Origin: Methanothrix sp.
GTDB taxonomy: Archaea > Halobacteriota > Methanosarcinia > Methanotrichales > Methanotrichaceae
Direction: 5' to 3'
Length of the DNA stretch: 64,000 nucleotides
NCBI GenBank assembly: GCA_037128175.1
Contig: JBAXWY010000004.1
Location: 1 to 64,000, forward strand
Positions 46,135 to 57,861 of the stretch are shown in pieces. Position numbers and translations under genes: made by a program. How positions within the stretch are numbered: position 1 is the first letter of the stretch; every line of letters begins with the position of its first letter. Under the pieces are notes generated by a model. The model had not been told where the DNA came from and ran no database searches. It saw nothing but the letters and a program-made list of their open reading frames with translations.

Positions 46135-47529
46135 TCAGTCTTTCAGCGCTGTGGGCCATTTCAGCGGCACATCAACCGGTTTGATGAATTGATCCAGGAC
46201 AGGTCGTGTGCCGTTGACTTTGAGCTTATCAAATAAAAAGGCGAATTGCCTCTCCAGCTCGGCGCAGATTTCGTCGCGGACGTCAGAGGGCAGGTGCCAC
46301 AGCTCCATTTTGAACGGTCCGAAGCCTTTCTTGCGGGTTTTGTAGATGAACTGCTCTTCGGTGTCCTTTTCTTTCCATTCGTCTTTCAAGCCGTCTTTCA
46401 GATAATCATATATTTTTGCCCGCAGCTTCGCCGGGAAAGCTTTGCTGTCATAGATCATGTTATGGAAACCGGTCGCAAGGTGAATCTCGGCCGTTCCGGT
46501 GGCTGGAAAGCGGTCAAACGCTTCATCGGGCAGCGTTGAAGCGCCGTGCTGAACTGCACCGGACAAACCGTATTGCGAGCGGGAGGTTTCCGACAGTTTC
46601 GCCAGCACGTCAAAATCAATTTTGACTTTCGCAACCGTACCGTCGGCCAGCGGCACACCGCCATGCGTAGTCCCGGTCTGCACGCTGATCTTGCTGATTC
46701 CTTTGAAAGCCTCGCCCCGCTTTTTAAGTTCTTCCAGATAACCAGCCATGAAAACCTGCAATTCATCGACAGTGCTGTTCTTGCCGCCAACCTCGCCGAT
46801 TTCGCCGCCCACAGACACAGTGATGCCTTCTGGCTCCAGATCGCGAATCAGAGTGGTTAACTCCGCCGCAAGCGTAAAGTTTGTTCTTTGCTGATCTTTG
46901 ACTGTGGGCTGCGACAGATCAACCAGTGTAGAAGTATCGATATCGATATTGTAAAAACCGGCAACAATTGCTTCCCTGATTAAATTCTTAACCGCCAGAG
47001 TTTCCTTTTCTGCGTCCGCAGCGAACTTTTTGGCGTTTATCTGAAAATGGTCACCCTGCAAGAATACCGGGGCGCGCCAGCCGGATTTAACAGCCGCCGC
47101 CATAACTGCACAGGTGTATTCCAGTGGCCTTTGCTTTGTATAGCCTATTTCCGAACGGGCGATTTCAAAGATAACAGGCCCTACATTCCCTTTGATCGCG
47201 GCACGGAATACAGCCTGCGCCACATCGTAGGTAATGCCGCGGATATTGATTGCCGGAACGGTAAATACACCGAGTTCCTTACGTCCCATGGCTTCGTAAA
47301 GGGATTGGATCGACGCAGAAATGATTCCTAGCCTAGCCGCTCCCCGGCGAATCAGAAAACCCGCTGCTTGTGAAGTTGCAGGGTCGGGACTGAAAACGGC
47401 CGTAGAGATTAAATCATCGATCAACTTTTCCTGAAACCTGGATTCATTCAAGACACGAACATCTCTGCCGTCATAAGCTAGTATGAATTCGCATCCTTTC
47501 TTTAGCTGATCCCTATTCTCGTAAATCAT
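46135..47529 (-). CDS. Class II (metal-dependent) fructose/tagatose-bisphosphate aldolase family
   Basis: VPAINIR, FEIARSE, QGDH, DID, GGEIGEVGG, QTGTTHGG, VQHGASTLP motifs. Confidence 0.85.
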   Translation of the reverse strand: MIYENRDQLKKGCEFILAYDGRDVRVLNESRFQEKLIDDLISTAVFSPDPATSQAAGFLIRRGAARLGIISASIQSLYEAMGRKELGVFTVPAINIRGITYDVAQAVFRAAIKGNVGPVIFEIARSEIGYTKQRPLEYTCAVMAAAVKSGWRAPVFLQGDHFQINAKKFAADAEKETLAVKNLIREAIVAGFYNIDIDTSTLVDLSQPTVKDQQRTNFTLAAELTTLIRDLEPEGITVSVGGEIGEVGGKNSTVDELQVFMAGYLEELKKRGEAFKGISKISVQTGTTHGGVPLADGTVAKVKIDFDVLAKLSETSRSQYGLSGAVQHGASTLPDEAFDRFPATGTAEIHLATGFHNMIYDSKAFPAKLRAKIYDYLKDGLKDEWKEKDTEEQFIYKTRKKGFGPFKMELWHLPSDVRDEICAELERQFAFLFDKLKVNGTRPVLDQFIKPVDVPLKWPTALKD

Positions 47530-47549
47530 TGCTGATCCTCTGAATGTAT

Positions 47550-48488
47550 TTATTGCGAGAGGAATTGCTCCGCCATTGTCACTTCCGCAGACGAGCCGAT
47601 GTATATGGGCGACCGTTGGTTGACGGACGTCACTTTGAGAGAAAGAATATCCTCTTTTCCGTCCGTAGCCCTGCCGCCGGCCTGCTCCATGATAAATGCC
47701 ATGGGCTGAAGTTCAAACAGCAACCGCAGCTTCCCTTGGGGCGATCTCTTCAGTGCAGGATAGGTGAATACGCCTCCCCTCTTGATGATCAACTGATTTA
47801 TGTCGGGAACAAAACCTCCGCTGTAGCGCAGCTTGTAGCCGTCTGCCTCCAGCTTATCGATATACTTGCGATGGCTGTCCATCCAGTCCTTGCGCAGACC
47901 GCCAGGTGAAAAGATCGCACCTTTCTCATTAAGCCGGATGTTTTCCTCAGATAGGACATACTCTCCTTCGCGATCCAATACGAACTCATGCACGCCCTTT
48001 CCGGCCGAGTAAATCATAGTGATGAGCGGGCCGTAAGTAATATAAAGAGCGGCAACCATCGAATTCCTTCCGCAGTCAAATATTGAATTTTTGTGGATGC
48101 CTATGATCGTTCCGATGGCCAGATTGGTATCCACCAGGGAAGAACCGTCTAATGGGTCGGCGGTAACAATATATTTTTCCTGCCCTTCACCGATGGTGAC
48201 GATATCTTTGAGCTCCTCTGAGGCATACTCGCGAACAAATCCTGAGTTGTGCAGCATATTTTTTAATATGTCATCAGAAATACGGTCCAGCGCCAACTGA
48301 TCCTCGCCGTAAGCATTCTTGAAGCCAGCCAGCTTGCGGTTGGATTCGTGGATCTTTGCGGAAATATATTTGCCGACCACGGCAATCTGCCAGATGAGCC
48401 GCCGCAATTCCACCTCGATGCCAACCATCCACATATGGCGCCTCAGATCTATGATGTATCGAGTCTGATCATTTATGCCTTCACCCAT
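47550..48488 (-). CDS. fbp: Class I fructose-1,6-bisphosphatase
   Basis: GEDQLALD, ASEE, DPLDGSS..D.N..IGTI, LRYSGGFVPD, GKLRLLFE.QPMA...EQAGG. Start placed at MGEG. Confidence 0.92.
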   Translation of the reverse strand: MGEGINDQTRYIIDLRRHMWMVGIEVELRRLIWQIAVVGKYISAKIHESNRKLAGFKNAYGEDQLALDRISDDILKNMLHNSGFVREYASEELKDIVTIGEGQEKYIVTADPLDGSSLVDTNLAIGTIIGIHKNSIFDCGRNSMVAALYITYGPLITMIYSAGKGVHEFVLDREGEYVLSEENIRLNEKGAIFSPGGLRKDWMDSHRKYIDKLEADGYKLRYSGGFVPDINQLIIKRGGVFTYPALKRSPQGKLRLLFELQPMAFIMEQAGGRATDGKEDILSLKVTSVNQRSPIYIGSSAEVTMAEQFLSQ

Positions 48489-48795
48489 TGATTCTCCTGA
48501 TATTTTTTTGTCAGTCTGTAGGTTTTTCTCTAATAATAAATATGTTGCCCCCGTACCGAAAAAAATCTGTTTCAATCCTCTAATTGCTGTTTGCCAGAAT
48601 TTTCCCCAATTTTTTGCCCGCAGCTCAGCAGGGAAACCTCTGCTGTCATAGTCTCTCCGGCAGAAGTTCTTATATCTGCCAGAGACTCATCTATGCACGG
48701 AATTGGCCAATGAAGACTCGATGTCATTTTGAGAAGGAATTATCCCGAAGGCGGAAGGGTCCAGCTGGCTAAGAATAGACATCAGGAGCAGTAGT

Positions 48796-49956
48796 ATGGA
48801 ACTTATAGCAAAATATCATGTAGAAACAGACCTTCCCATCCAGAAAGCGGCGGAGGCTATCGCGGCAGAGCAGTCCACCGGCACCTGGACTGCGGTGCGG
48901 GGAGCGGACAACCCCCTCGCGGCCCGCGTCATCTCCGCGGAAGGAAACAATGTTGAGATCGGCTTTCCCGAGGAGCTCTTTGAGCCGGGAAATATCCCCC
49001 AGTACCTTTCGGTGGTGGCAGGAAACCTCTTCGGTCTTGGTGATCTAAAAAAGGTACGGCTGCAGGATATCATCTTCCCGGAGAGCCTGCTCTCGGCGCA
49101 TAAGGGTCCAAGCTTTGGTATCGAAGATGCGCGAAAAATCCTGGGTGTTTATGGCCGTCCGTTGGTCGGCACCATCGTCAAGCCCAAGGTGGGCCTGGAC
49201 CCGGCCGGCACAGCCGCCGTGGCCGCAGCCGCCGTTCGCGGCGGACTGGATCTGGTCAAAGACGACGAGACCCTGACCGATCAGAGCTTCTGTCCACTCA
49301 TCCCTCGTTTGGAAGCGGTCATGAGCGCCTTGGACAGAGTTGAGACAGAGACGGGCAAGAAGGCCTTTTATGCAGTGAACGTTACCGTCGGCGCCGATGA
49401 GATCCTGGAGCGCGCTGAAGCGGCTGTGGATCACGGCGCCAACATGGTCATGATCGATGTCCTGACGGTCGGCTTCTCCGCGTTGGAGGAACTCTCCCGG
49501 CATCTGAAGGTGCCCGTGCATGTACACAGGACCATGCACGGAGCCTTTACCAGAGACAAAGGGCACGGCATTGCCATGCTGGTCATTTCCAAGCTGGTGC
49601 GCATGACGGGGGGCACCAACCTGCATACGGGAAGCTACATGGGCAAGATGGCGCGCGAGACCCAGGAAAACGACCTCTCCCGTGATGCTCTGCGAGGGGA
49701 TTGGCACGGCTACAAGAGAGTCTTCCCGGTGGCCTCGGGCGGGGTCTATCCGGCCAAGGTCCATGGAAATTTGGACGGCTACGGCATTGATTGTATCATT
49801 CAGGCCGGCGGAGGAGTGCACGGTCATCCCGATGGAACCACCGCCGGGGCAAGGGCCATGGTGCAGGCGGTAGATGCCTGGCGAATGCAAATTCCCCTAA
49901 AAGAATACGCAAAAGACCACAAAGAGCTGGAAACAGCCATGAAATTTTGGGGGTAG
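48796..49956 (+). CDS. rbcL: RuBisCO large subunit, archaeal form III-like
   Basis: AAEQSTGTW, GNLFG, GTIVKPKVG, DLVKDDE, HVHRTMHG, loop-6 HTGSYMGKM, PVASGG, AGGGVHGHP. Confidence 0.85.
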   Translation: MELIAKYHVETDLPIQKAAEAIAAEQSTGTWTAVRGADNPLAARVISAEGNNVEIGFPEELFEPGNIPQYLSVVAGNLFGLGDLKKVRLQDIIFPESLLSAHKGPSFGIEDARKILGVYGRPLVGTIVKPKVGLDPAGTAAVAAAAVRGGLDLVKDDETLTDQSFCPLIPRLEAVMSALDRVETETGKKAFYAVNVTVGADEILERAEAAVDHGANMVMIDVLTVGFSALEELSRHLKVPVHVHRTMHGAFTRDKGHGIAMLVISKLVRMTGGTNLHTGSYMGKMARETQENDLSRDALRGDWHGYKRVFPVASGGVYPAKVHGNLDGYGIDCIIQAGGGVHGHPDGTTAGARAMVQAVDAWRMQIPLKEYAKDHKELETAMKFWG

Positions 49957-50115
49957 TAAGAAGAATGATCATACTTAGCCCTCTCCTCAAATCAAAACCG
50001 AAGAGTTTATATTGGTAGATGAGGATGGATCTGAACGTTTATCACGAGCCAAACGTGATGTAGCGCTGTTTGAAAAATGGAAGAGGTGTAGTGAGGGAAG
50101 AAGTAGAGGGATCAG

Positions 50116-50442
50116 ATGGCTAGAGACGATATCTTATCGAAAATTAAATCGGCAGAGGCTGAAGCCAAGGCAGCAGTCCAGCGGGCCTTGGATGAGAAAG
50201 GAAAAAAGATAGCCGCTGCCACTACTGAAGCTGCAAACCTCGTCAAATCCGCCGAGACTGATGCACAGGACTACTATGACAAGAGCGTTGCCAAAGCTGA
50301 TAGCGGTGTGAAAGCCAAGAAGGCATCGATCGTTAGCAGCGGTGAGAAGAACGTAAGCTCAATGAGCGGCAGCGCCAGCGCAAAGCTGGACAAAGCAGTT
50401 GAATATTTGATAAAGGAGTTTATGGGGTTGTTGCATGCTTAG
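50116..50442 (+). CDS. atpH: A1Ao ATP synthase subunit H
   Basis: Coiled-coil ILSKIKSAEAEA...; first gene of the operon. Confidence 0.85.
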   Translation: MARDDILSKIKSAEAEAKAAVQRALDEKGKKIAAATTEAANLVKSAETDAQDYYDKSVAKADSGVKAKKASIVSSGEKNVSSMSGSASAKLDKAVEYLIKEFMGLLHA

Positions 50443-52477
50443 ACCCGTGAAGATGAGTCGTGTAGTCGTCGCCGGGTCAAAGAACGTAATATCTCCAGTT
50501 GTAGAAAAGCTGCATGAGTTGCGCTTGCTCCACATTGTTAACTATAATGGCAGCCAACCACAGTTTGAGATGGGCAAGCCCATCGGCAAAGCCAAAGAAT
50601 ACTCCGAGAATCTCATTAAGCTCAGATCTGTCACCAGGTACCTTGAACTAAATAAGAAGTTTCCTGATAAGGCATATCCCGAGAGCCAGGTTCTATCGGA
50701 GATGGATAATCTTCTCAATAACGTCGGTGCAGATGTTACTGCTACATACGAGCGCATCGTTGCCATCGACGCAGAAGTAAAGTCCAAACAGGATCAGATC
50801 AAGTCTCTGACTCCGTTAGCTGTTTTGCCGCTGCCTTTAGAAGCTTACTATGGTTATGATTCTCTGGCGACCTTTGTCGGCACAGCAACAACACCAGTTG
50901 ATGCCGATGTAGCAAGGGTATCTCCGGTAAATGAGGTATATTCCGGAAGCGCCAAGAATGCAACTTTTGTAGCGGTATTTGTGCCTGCGGAAAAAGCCGG
51001 CGAAGTATCTTCAGTCCTTTCAGAGCATGGGTTTTCCGAGACGTCTGTACCCAGGCTGGAAGGCAATGTAGATTCGGCTATTGCTACCCTTGAAGGCAGC
51101 ATCAAATCCTTGGAAGGCGAAAAAGCGCCACTCCAAAAGAAGCTGGCCGACATGAAGAAGCAGTACGAAGATCTGATGCTGGCAACGGACGAGTATCTAT
51201 CCATGCAGACCCAGAAGACAGAGGTCCCACTCAGGTTTGCTGAGACGGCCAACGCCTTCGTTATAGATGGGTATGTTCCAGCAGATCAGTTCAGCAGGCT
51301 CAAGAGCGAGCTGGAGAGCGCTGCCGGCGGCAGGCTTGAAGTTTCGTTGATTGCAGATAAAGAGACAGACGAACTTGTCGAGACGGGCGAAGACATACCG
51401 ACCCTGATGGATAATCCCAGCTTGGTCAAGCCTTACGAACTGATAACAAGGATGTTCGCCATTCCCGAGTATAAGGAGTTCGATCCGTCATTGCTGATAT
51501 TCATATTCTTCCCAATCATGTTCGGCATGATTCTGGGGGATATCGGCTATGGCGTCATGTCGCTTCTGGCTATGGTGCTTCTGAAGAGGAAGTTCAAAAC
51601 ACCCGGCTGGCAGCAGTTGATCAATGTCGTTCTGATTTCCAGCGTGTGGGCGGTCATATTCGGCATATTCTTCGGCGAGATCTTTGGCCCGCTCGGTTTG
51701 TGGGGCCGGATCATGGGACAATTGCCTGAGCATGAACTCGAGGCTGTAAAAGTGGCAGGTCTCTATTTCGGTGAAGGTGTTTTTGGCTCGCTGGGAAGAA
51801 TCGGATTTTGGCCGGGAATTGATATTTTCCCCATGGACCGGCTGGCAAGTAACGCGGTTTTGTTGTTGATCGGTACTAGTGTCATCATAGGCATTATTCA
51901 CTGCAGCGTTGGTTCTATCTTGGGTATCAAGACGGAGCTGGCCTACGGCGAGAAGAAGCATGCCTATTTCGAGAGACTTCCTGTGATGCTCGTCCAAATA
52001 TTCTTTGGATTGCTTGTGCTTGGACTTGTCATAGGTCAGATGATGTTGGTAATTCTTAGTGCTGTCGTAATTTTAGCTGCCGTAGTGATGCTGGTAATGG
52101 GACCGGAAGGGCCTATGAGCATTGCCCACATGCCATTCTATGTGAGCAACCTGATATCCTATCTTAGGTTATTAGCCATCGGCCTCGCTTCGGTGGGTCT
52201 GGCGTATGCTGCTAACCAGCTGGCCTTCTACGTCATAATGCCCATGCTGAGCGGCGGAGCGACCAACAGTGCTGAGTTCACGATACCGGCCATCATCGTT
52301 GGTATCTTGGTACTGGTCGTAGTGCACTTCATCAACTTCCTGCTGGGAATTCTCTCTCCCTTCATGCACCCCCTCAGGTTGCATTATGTGGAGATGTTCA
52401 CGAAGTTCTACAGCAATCATGGCGGTGGAGTGGAGTACAGTCCCTTCGGACATGTCCGGAGGTTCCTGAAAGCATGA
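50435..52477 (+). CDS. atpI: A1Ao ATP synthase subunit I (a)
   Basis: MLRPVKM, P.Y.E.DP, FGMILGDIGYG, ISYLRLLAIG, LRLHYVEMFTKFY. Confidence 0.95.
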   Translation: MLRPVKMSRVVVAGSKNVISPVVEKLHELRLLHIVNYNGSQPQFEMGKPIGKAKEYSENLIKLRSVTRYLELNKKFPDKAYPESQVLSEMDNLLNNVGADVTATYERIVAIDAEVKSKQDQIKSLTPLAVLPLPLEAYYGYDSLATFVGTATTPVDADVARVSPVNEVYSGSAKNATFVAVFVPAEKAGEVSSVLSEHGFSETSVPRLEGNVDSAIATLEGSIKSLEGEKAPLQKKLADMKKQYEDLMLATDEYLSMQTQKTEVPLRFAETANAFVIDGYVPADQFSRLKSELESAAGGRLEVSLIADKETDELVETGEDIPTLMDNPSLVKPYELITRMFAIPEYKEFDPSLLIFIFFPIMFGMILGDIGYGVMSLLAMVLLKRKFKTPGWQQLINVVLISSVWAVIFGIFFGEIFGPLGLWGRIMGQLPEHELEAVKVAGLYFGEGVFGSLGRIGFWPGIDIFPMDRLASNAVLLLIGTSVIIGIIHCSVGSILGIKTELAYGEKKHAYFERLPVMLVQIFFGLLVLGLVIGQMMLVILSAVVILAAVVMLVMGPEGPMSIAHMPFYVSNLISYLRLLAIGLASVGLAYAANQLAFYVIMPMLSGGATNSAEFTIPAIIVGILVLVVVHFINFLLGILSPFMHPLRLHYVEMFTKFYSNHGGGVEYSPFGHVRRFLKA

Positions 52478-52535
52478 ATTCGATAGAACGAATTGACAGA
52501 TTGAATAATATTCATATAAAGGAGGATTGAGGAAA

Positions 52536-52799
52536 ATGGTAGTAGCAGATGCAGGAACGTTGTATGGATTGTTGGCTGTCGGCGCAGGCTTGGCTACCGG
52601 ATTAGCAGGCATTGGTGCTGGTATGGGTGAGCAGGGTATTGGCGCAGCAGTGGTTGGCGTCGTTGCAGAGGAACCCGGATTTCTGGGCAAGGGTCTGTTT
52701 CTTATGCTTCTGCCCGAGACACTGATCATCTTCGGTCTCGCCGTATCGCTGATTCTCATGTTCGCCTGGACACCTTTTGCTGGCATCGTGACACCTTAA
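52536..52799 (+). CDS. atpK: A1Ao ATP synthase subunit K (c, proteolipid)
   Basis: Two-helix hairpin GLAGIGAG.GEQGIGAA...LPETLIIFG. Confidence 0.93.
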   Translation: MVVADAGTLYGLLAVGAGLATGLAGIGAGMGEQGIGAAVVGVVAEEPGFLGKGLFLMLLPETLIIFGLAVSLILMFAWTPFAGIVTP

Positions 52800-52829
52800 G
52801 TTAGCCAATTACAAGGAGTGTAAGAGGCA

Positions 52830-53378
52830 ATGGCACTAGATGCGGTGGTTGAGTCAGTCCTGGCAACCAGCAAGGAAAAGGTCGCTCAGATAACCAGTGA
52901 AGCCGACCAAGAGGTTGCAAGGGCACTCAACGAAGCTAGGGAACGTGCCGCCGAGATAAAGTCCAGAAAGGAAGCGGAGGTTGGACACACGGTTGAGGCT
53001 ATCGAGCGCAGGGAGATATCCAGCGCCAATCTCGAAGTCAAGAGAGCGGAGCTGAATGTTCACAAGAATCTCCTTGAGCAGGCTAGGACGAAGCTGCTTG
53101 AGAAGCTGCAGAATCTTCCTAAGAAGGATAATGAAGCCATGCTCAAAAAGCTGCTCGAACCTCACGATCTCAAGGATATGAAGGTCTTCTCCAACAAGAG
53201 AGATGAGGCCTTCATAACCTCTCTCGCCTCAAAATATGGCGGGAACCTGGACATTATAGGCGGCGCTGTGGTTGAGAGCAGTGATGGAGCTCTGCGTTAC
53301 GATTTAACCTACGAAACTCTTGCGCGTGAGGTCTTTAATAACCACATGAAAGAGGTTTCCAGGATCTTATTCGGGTGA
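52830..53378 (+). CDS. atpE: A1Ao ATP synthase subunit E
   Basis: [28 protein letters not shown]...DLTYE; operon position. Confidence 0.92.
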   Translation: MALDAVVESVLATSKEKVAQITSEADQEVARALNEARERAAEIKSRKEAEVGHTVEAIERREISSANLEVKRAELNVHKNLLEQARTKLLEKLQNLPKKDNEAMLKKLLEPHDLKDMKVFSNKRDEAFITSLASKYGGNLDIIGGAVVESSDGALRYDLTYETLAREVFNNHMKEVSRILFG

Positions 53379-53383
53379 GGACG

Positions 53384-54433
53384 ATGCCTGTACTACGTTT
53401 GCCGAAGTTCGGTTCACCGGTGAAGTACGCTTACATCACGGGCAGAGTCCGGGCGATGAAGACTAAGCTCGTCCCGGCGGAGATGTATGCCAGGATGATG
53501 AACATGGATATGTCTGAGATCGCCCGCTACCTGGAAGAGACCCAGTATAAGGATGAGATCGACGCGTTATCCAAGGACTACTCCGGTGTGGATCTCATTG
53601 AACACGCCACCTTTGCCAATCTGGCAAAGACCTTCAGGAAGCTCGAGGAGGTCTCAATAGATGAGCCTTCATTCCTGATTCTGGAGTACCTTCGGCGCTG
53701 GGATGTATGGAACATCAAGACCCTCCTGCGCGGCAAGTTCTACGGGGCCAACGACACTGAGATAGTAAAACATCTCGTGCCTGCTGGTGAGTTATCATCA
53801 GAGCGCCTCAATGAGCTGGCCAAAAAGGATTCCATAACCGACATCATATCGGCCTTTGATGGAACCGACTATTCCAGCGCACTGGCGCAATACGACGGCA
53901 AGAATTTGGCATCGTTGGAGAATGCTCTCGACAAGCTCTATTACTTCAGAATGGAGTTGGCCGTGGGCGGCACTCTATCCGTGGGCGGAGGTCTGCTGCT
54001 CAAGTATGTCCGAAGAGAGGTCGATATAAGAAATTTGATCACCCTCTTCAGGATGAACAAGGCAGGCGTCGATGCAGCCGTGATACTAGAGAACCTCATC
54101 CCCGGAGGCAAGTTGCATGGAGAGCTGAGCCGTATGGCCGGTCAGCCTTTCGGCGAGTTCCTGCGCGGGCTTGAAGGATATCCCTTCTGGTCCTCCATTT
54201 CGGACATCGCATCTGTAGATCTGGATGCGGTCAGCAGAATCGAGGCTAGGTTGAGGGCGTATCTCATCCGGTATGCTTGGGCTCTTTCCAACTATCATCC
54301 GTTATCTATCTTGCCGGTGCTCGGCTATATGGTGAGCAAAGAGACAGAAGTTTCCAACATCAGGAAGATTGTGAGAGGAAAAGAAGCCGGACTTCCTGCC
54401 GAACTCATTGAGGAGCAAGTGGTGGTGGCCTAA
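53384..54433 (+). CDS. atpC: A1Ao ATP synthase subunit C
   Basis: [40 protein letters not shown]. Confidence 0.92.
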   Translation: MPVLRLPKFGSPVKYAYITGRVRAMKTKLVPAEMYARMMNMDMSEIARYLEETQYKDEIDALSKDYSGVDLIEHATFANLAKTFRKLEEVSIDEPSFLILEYLRRWDVWNIKTLLRGKFYGANDTEIVKHLVPAGELSSERLNELAKKDSITDIISAFDGTDYSSALAQYDGKNLASLENALDKLYYFRMELAVGGTLSVGGGLLLKYVRREVDIRNLITLFRMNKAGVDAAVILENLIPGGKLHGELSRMAGQPFGEFLRGLEGYPFWSSISDIASVDLDAVSRIEARLRAYLIRYAWALSNYHPLSILPVLGYMVSKETEVSNIRKIVRGKEAGLPAELIEEQVVVA

Positions 54434-54435
54434 AA

Positions 54436-54735
54436 ATGGAGATTGCTTTTGTGGGAGGCAGCGAGAGCGTCCTCGGGTTCAATCTGGCAGGAATAAAGAA
54501 ATCTTATGCGGCCAACACGGAAGAGGAGATGGTCTCAAAGATTGGCGTCGTCATGGCTGATTCCAATGTGGGAATTCTGGTCTTGAAACAATCGGATTAC
54601 AATAAGCTGCCCAAGAGGCTTCAGGAGCAGCTCTCCGATTCAATCAAGCCAACCGTTATTGCCATCGGAACCGAGCAGAGCACAGAGATGAGAGAGAAGA
54701 TTAAAAGGGCAATAGGTGTTGATTTATGGAAGTAG
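54436..54735 (+). CDS. atpF: A1Ao ATP synthase subunit F
   Basis: IAFVG...[20 protein letters not shown]. Confidence 0.93.
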   Translation: MEIAFVGGSESVLGFNLAGIKKSYAANTEEEMVSKIGVVMADSNVGILVLKQSDYNKLPKRLQEQLSDSIKPTVIAIGTEQSTEMREKIKRAIGVDLWK

Positions 54736-56456
54736 GTAAAGTAAAGCGAGTCGCCGGACCACTAGTTCAGGCCACGGGCCTGAAGGCTTCCATGTACGAC
54801 CTGGTTCTGGTCGGCGAGGAAGGCCTGATGAGCGAAGTCATCGGCATTTCCGGCAATAAATATATCATTCAGGTATATGAGGATACGGGCGGCGTGCGGC
54901 CCGGCGAGCCCGTCAAGGAGACCGGAGCTCCGCTCGTAGCACAATTGGGTCCAGGCATTCTGACCCAGATTTACGATGGTATTCAAAGGCCGCTGCCCAT
55001 GCTGGCAGCAGCATCAGGGGACTTCATCAGCAGAGGTCTGTTCGTAGATGGCATCGATCACAAAAAGAAGTGGGAGTTCAAGCCTACCGCCAAGAAGGGC
55101 GATGTCCTAAAGCCCGGGCAAGCCTTTGGTGAAGTTCAGGAGCAACTGCTCATCAAGCATAAGATCATGGTCCCACCCAAGCATAAGGGCGGTGCCATCA
55201 AGGAGATCTATGCGGGTAACTTCAACGTTGATGAGACTATTGCAGTCTTAGAGGACGGCAGCAAGCTCACCATGATGCATAAGTGGCCAGTAAGACAGGC
55301 CCGGCCCGTGACTAAAAAGTTGGCACCCACCATTCCCCTAAGAACTGGTCAGAGGGTCGTAGACGGATTCTTCTCCTTGGCCAAGGGCGGAACAGCAGCC
55401 ATTCCCGGTGGATTTGGTACCGGAAAGACGGTTATGCAGCAGACCCTGTCCAAGTGGGCAGATGTCGACATTGTGATTTATGTGGGATGCGGCGAGCGCG
55501 GCAATGAGATGGCCGATGTTCTGCATGAGTTCCCTGAGCTGCAAGACCCCAAGACCGGCAGACCCCTCATGGAGAGGTCCATCGTTTACGCCAATACCTC
55601 CAACATGCCTGTGGCTGCTCGTGAGGCTTCCATCTACACCGGAATGACCACGGCAGAGTACTACAGAGATATGGGCTACGACTGCATGATGACCGCTGAC
55701 TCCACTTCCCGTTGGGCAGAGGCCATGAGAGAGATGGGCTCGCGCCTGGAAGAGATGCCTGGTGAAGAAGGCTATCCCGCATACCTGGGTGCAAGACTCG
55801 CCGACTTCTACGAGCGTGCCGGACGTGCCGAGGTTTTGAACGGCGGTCAGGGTTCCATCAGCGTCGTCGGTGCTGTATCCCCGCCCGGCGGAGACTTCAC
55901 CGAGCCCGTTACTCAGAACACACTGAGAATGGTCAAGGTATTCTGGGCACTGGACTCTAAGCTAACTCAGCGCCGTCACTTCCCGTCCATCAACTGGCTG
56001 GATTCCTATTCTCTATACGACCAGATCCTCGAACCCTGGTTCATTGAGAATGTCAGCCCGGACTGGAACAAGAACAAGAGGCGTGCCATGAATATATTGC
56101 AGGAGAACGCCGAGCTGGAAGAGATAGTGATGCTCGTCGGTTCCGATGCCCTGCCCGAGGACCAGCAGATCACTCTGGAAGTAGCAAGGATGATCATCAA
56201 CTTCTGGCTGGCTCAGAGCGCTTTCCACCCGGTAGATACATTCTGCCCCTACAAGAAGCAGTTCGACCTCTTGGCTGCAATCCTGAAGTACAGGGATTAC
56301 GCCTTCGAGGCAGTTCAGAAGGGCATATCTGTGGCGGAGATAAATTCCGTTCCATCCAAGGATGCTCTGGCCAAGGTGAGACTGGAAGCCGAGTATGAGC
56401 CCATCCTGGCTAAGATTCTGGCTCAGATGGACGTTGAGTTCAAGGCGCTGAAGTGA
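54726..56456 (+). CDS. atpA: A1Ao ATP synthase subunit A
   Basis: PGGFGTGKT Walker [35 protein letters not shown]; no intein. Confidence 0.97.
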   Translation: MEVGKVKRVAGPLVQATGLKASMYDLVLVGEEGLMSEVIGISGNKYIIQVYEDTGGVRPGEPVKETGAPLVAQLGPGILTQIYDGIQRPLPMLAAASGDFISRGLFVDGIDHKKKWEFKPTAKKGDVLKPGQAFGEVQEQLLIKHKIMVPPKHKGGAIKEIYAGNFNVDETIAVLEDGSKLTMMHKWPVRQARPVTKKLAPTIPLRTGQRVVDGFFSLAKGGTAAIPGGFGTGKTVMQQTLSKWADVDIVIYVGCGERGNEMADVLHEFPELQDPKTGRPLMERSIVYANTSNMPVAAREASIYTGMTTAEYYRDMGYDCMMTADSTSRWAEAMREMGSRLEEMPGEEGYPAYLGARLADFYERAGRAEVLNGGQGSISVVGAVSPPGGDFTEPVTQNTLRMVKVFWALDSKLTQRRHFPSINWLDSYSLYDQILEPWFIENVSPDWNKNKRRAMNILQENAELEEIVMLVGSDALPEDQQITLEVARMIINFWLAQSAFHPVDTFCPYKKQFDLLAAILKYRDYAFEAVQKGISVAEINSVPSKDALAKVRLEAEYEPILAKILAQMDVEFKALK

Positions 56457-56468
56457 GGTGGGTTCAAA

Positions 56469-57857
56469 ATGACAAAGGAATACAAAACAATTACTGAGAT
56501 CTCCGGACCACTCATCTTCGTGGAGAAGACTGAGCCAGTGGGCTACATGGAGCTCGTCGAGATTAGGACGGGCGGAGAGATGAAGAGAGGTCAGGTGCTG
56601 GATTCCTCCGATGATATCGTGGTTATTCAGGTATTCGAGGGAACCGGCGGTCTGTCCAAAGATACTGCTGTCAGTTTCACCGGTGACGTCATCAAGATGC
56701 CACTTTCTCCCAGCATCGTGGGACGCGTTCTGTCCGGATCCGGGAAGCCCAGAGACGGCGGCCCGGAAATTGTGCCAGAGGTATTGAGAGATATCGCGGG
56801 AGCTGCCATCAATCCAGCTTCCCGTGGGAAGCCGCGCTCTTTCATTCAGACCGGCATCTCTACCATCGACGGCACAAACACACTGGTGCGCGGCCAGAAG
56901 CTGCCCATCTTCTCGGGTGCAGGTCTGCCCCACAATGACCTTGCTCTGCAGATCGCTCGGCAGGCCAAGGCATTGGGAGAAGCCGAGTCCTTCGCAGTTA
57001 TCTTCTGCGCTATGGGCATCACCAACGAAGAGGCTCAGCACTTCCTGGCTGATTTCGAGAGGACAGGAGCCCTGGAGAGGGCAGTGGTGTTCCTCAATCT
57101 GGCCGACGATCCGGCTGTAGAGAGGATTCTAACACCCAGGCTCGGCCTGACCACTGCGGAGTATCTGGCCTTCGATCTGGACATGCACGTGCTCATCATC
57201 TACACGGACATGACCAACTATTGCGAGTCTCTCCGACAGATGGGAGCCGCTCGTGAAGAGGTGCCAGGACGACGTGGTTATCCCGGTTACATGTATACCG
57301 ACCTGGCCTGTCAATATGAGAGAGCTGGCATCATCAAGGGCAAAAAGGGCTCTATCACCCAGTTCCCCATCCTGACCATGCCCGGCGACGACATCACTCA
57401 CCCCATCCCGGATCTGTCCGGATACATCACCGAGGGTCAGATCATCGTCTCCAGAGAGCTGCACAGAAAGGGCATTTATCCGCCCGTCGACATCAGACCA
57501 AGCTTAAGCCGCCTGATGAACTCTGGAATCGGCAAGGGCCATACTCGCGAGGATCACAGAGCAGTGTCGGATCAGCTCTATGCTTACTATGCAGAGGGCA
57601 ATGATCTGCGCGGTCTCGCGGCCATTGTCGGTAAGGAGGCTCTCTCCGAACGCGACAAATTGGTCCTGGAGTTCGCCGATAAGTTCGAGAAGCGATTCGT
57701 CAATCAGGGCAGAGATGAGGATAGGTCTATCTTCGATACCCTCCAGATCGGATGGGATCTCCTGGCAGACCTGCCTGAAGCAATGCTCACCAGGATTGAC
57801 GACAAATACATCAAGGCCTACCACCCCAAGTACGCAGCAAGCGCAGCGAAGAAGTGA
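56469..57857 (+). CDS. atpB: A1Ao ATP synthase subunit B
   Basis: [45 protein letters not shown]. Confidence 0.97.
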   Translation: MTKEYKTITEISGPLIFVEKTEPVGYMELVEIRTGGEMKRGQVLDSSDDIVVIQVFEGTGGLSKDTAVSFTGDVIKMPLSPSIVGRVLSGSGKPRDGGPEIVPEVLRDIAGAAINPASRGKPRSFIQTGISTIDGTNTLVRGQKLPIFSGAGLPHNDLALQIARQAKALGEAESFAVIFCAMGITNEEAQHFLADFERTGALERAVVFLNLADDPAVERILTPRLGLTTAEYLAFDLDMHVLIIYTDMTNYCESLRQMGAAREEVPGRRGYPGYMYTDLACQYERAGIIKGKKGSITQFPILTMPGDDITHPIPDLSGYITEGQIIVSRELHRKGIYPPVDIRPSLSRLMNSGIGKGHTREDHRAVSDQLYAYYAEGNDLRGLAAIVGKEALSERDKLVLEFADKFEKRFVNQGRDEDRSIFDTLQIGWDLLADLPEAMLTRIDDKYIKAYHPKYAASAAKK

Positions 57858-57861
57858 GATC

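Noticed and set aside
48796-49956. RuBisCO-like protein (form IV)
   Set aside because: Catalytic motifs, including the loop-6 Lys (GKM), HxHR and the GN Asn, appear retained, favouring form III. Phylogeny is needed for certainty.
57580-57861. N-terminal extension of atpD in the ORF track
   Set aside because: It overlaps atpB out of frame; subunit D homology begins at 57862.
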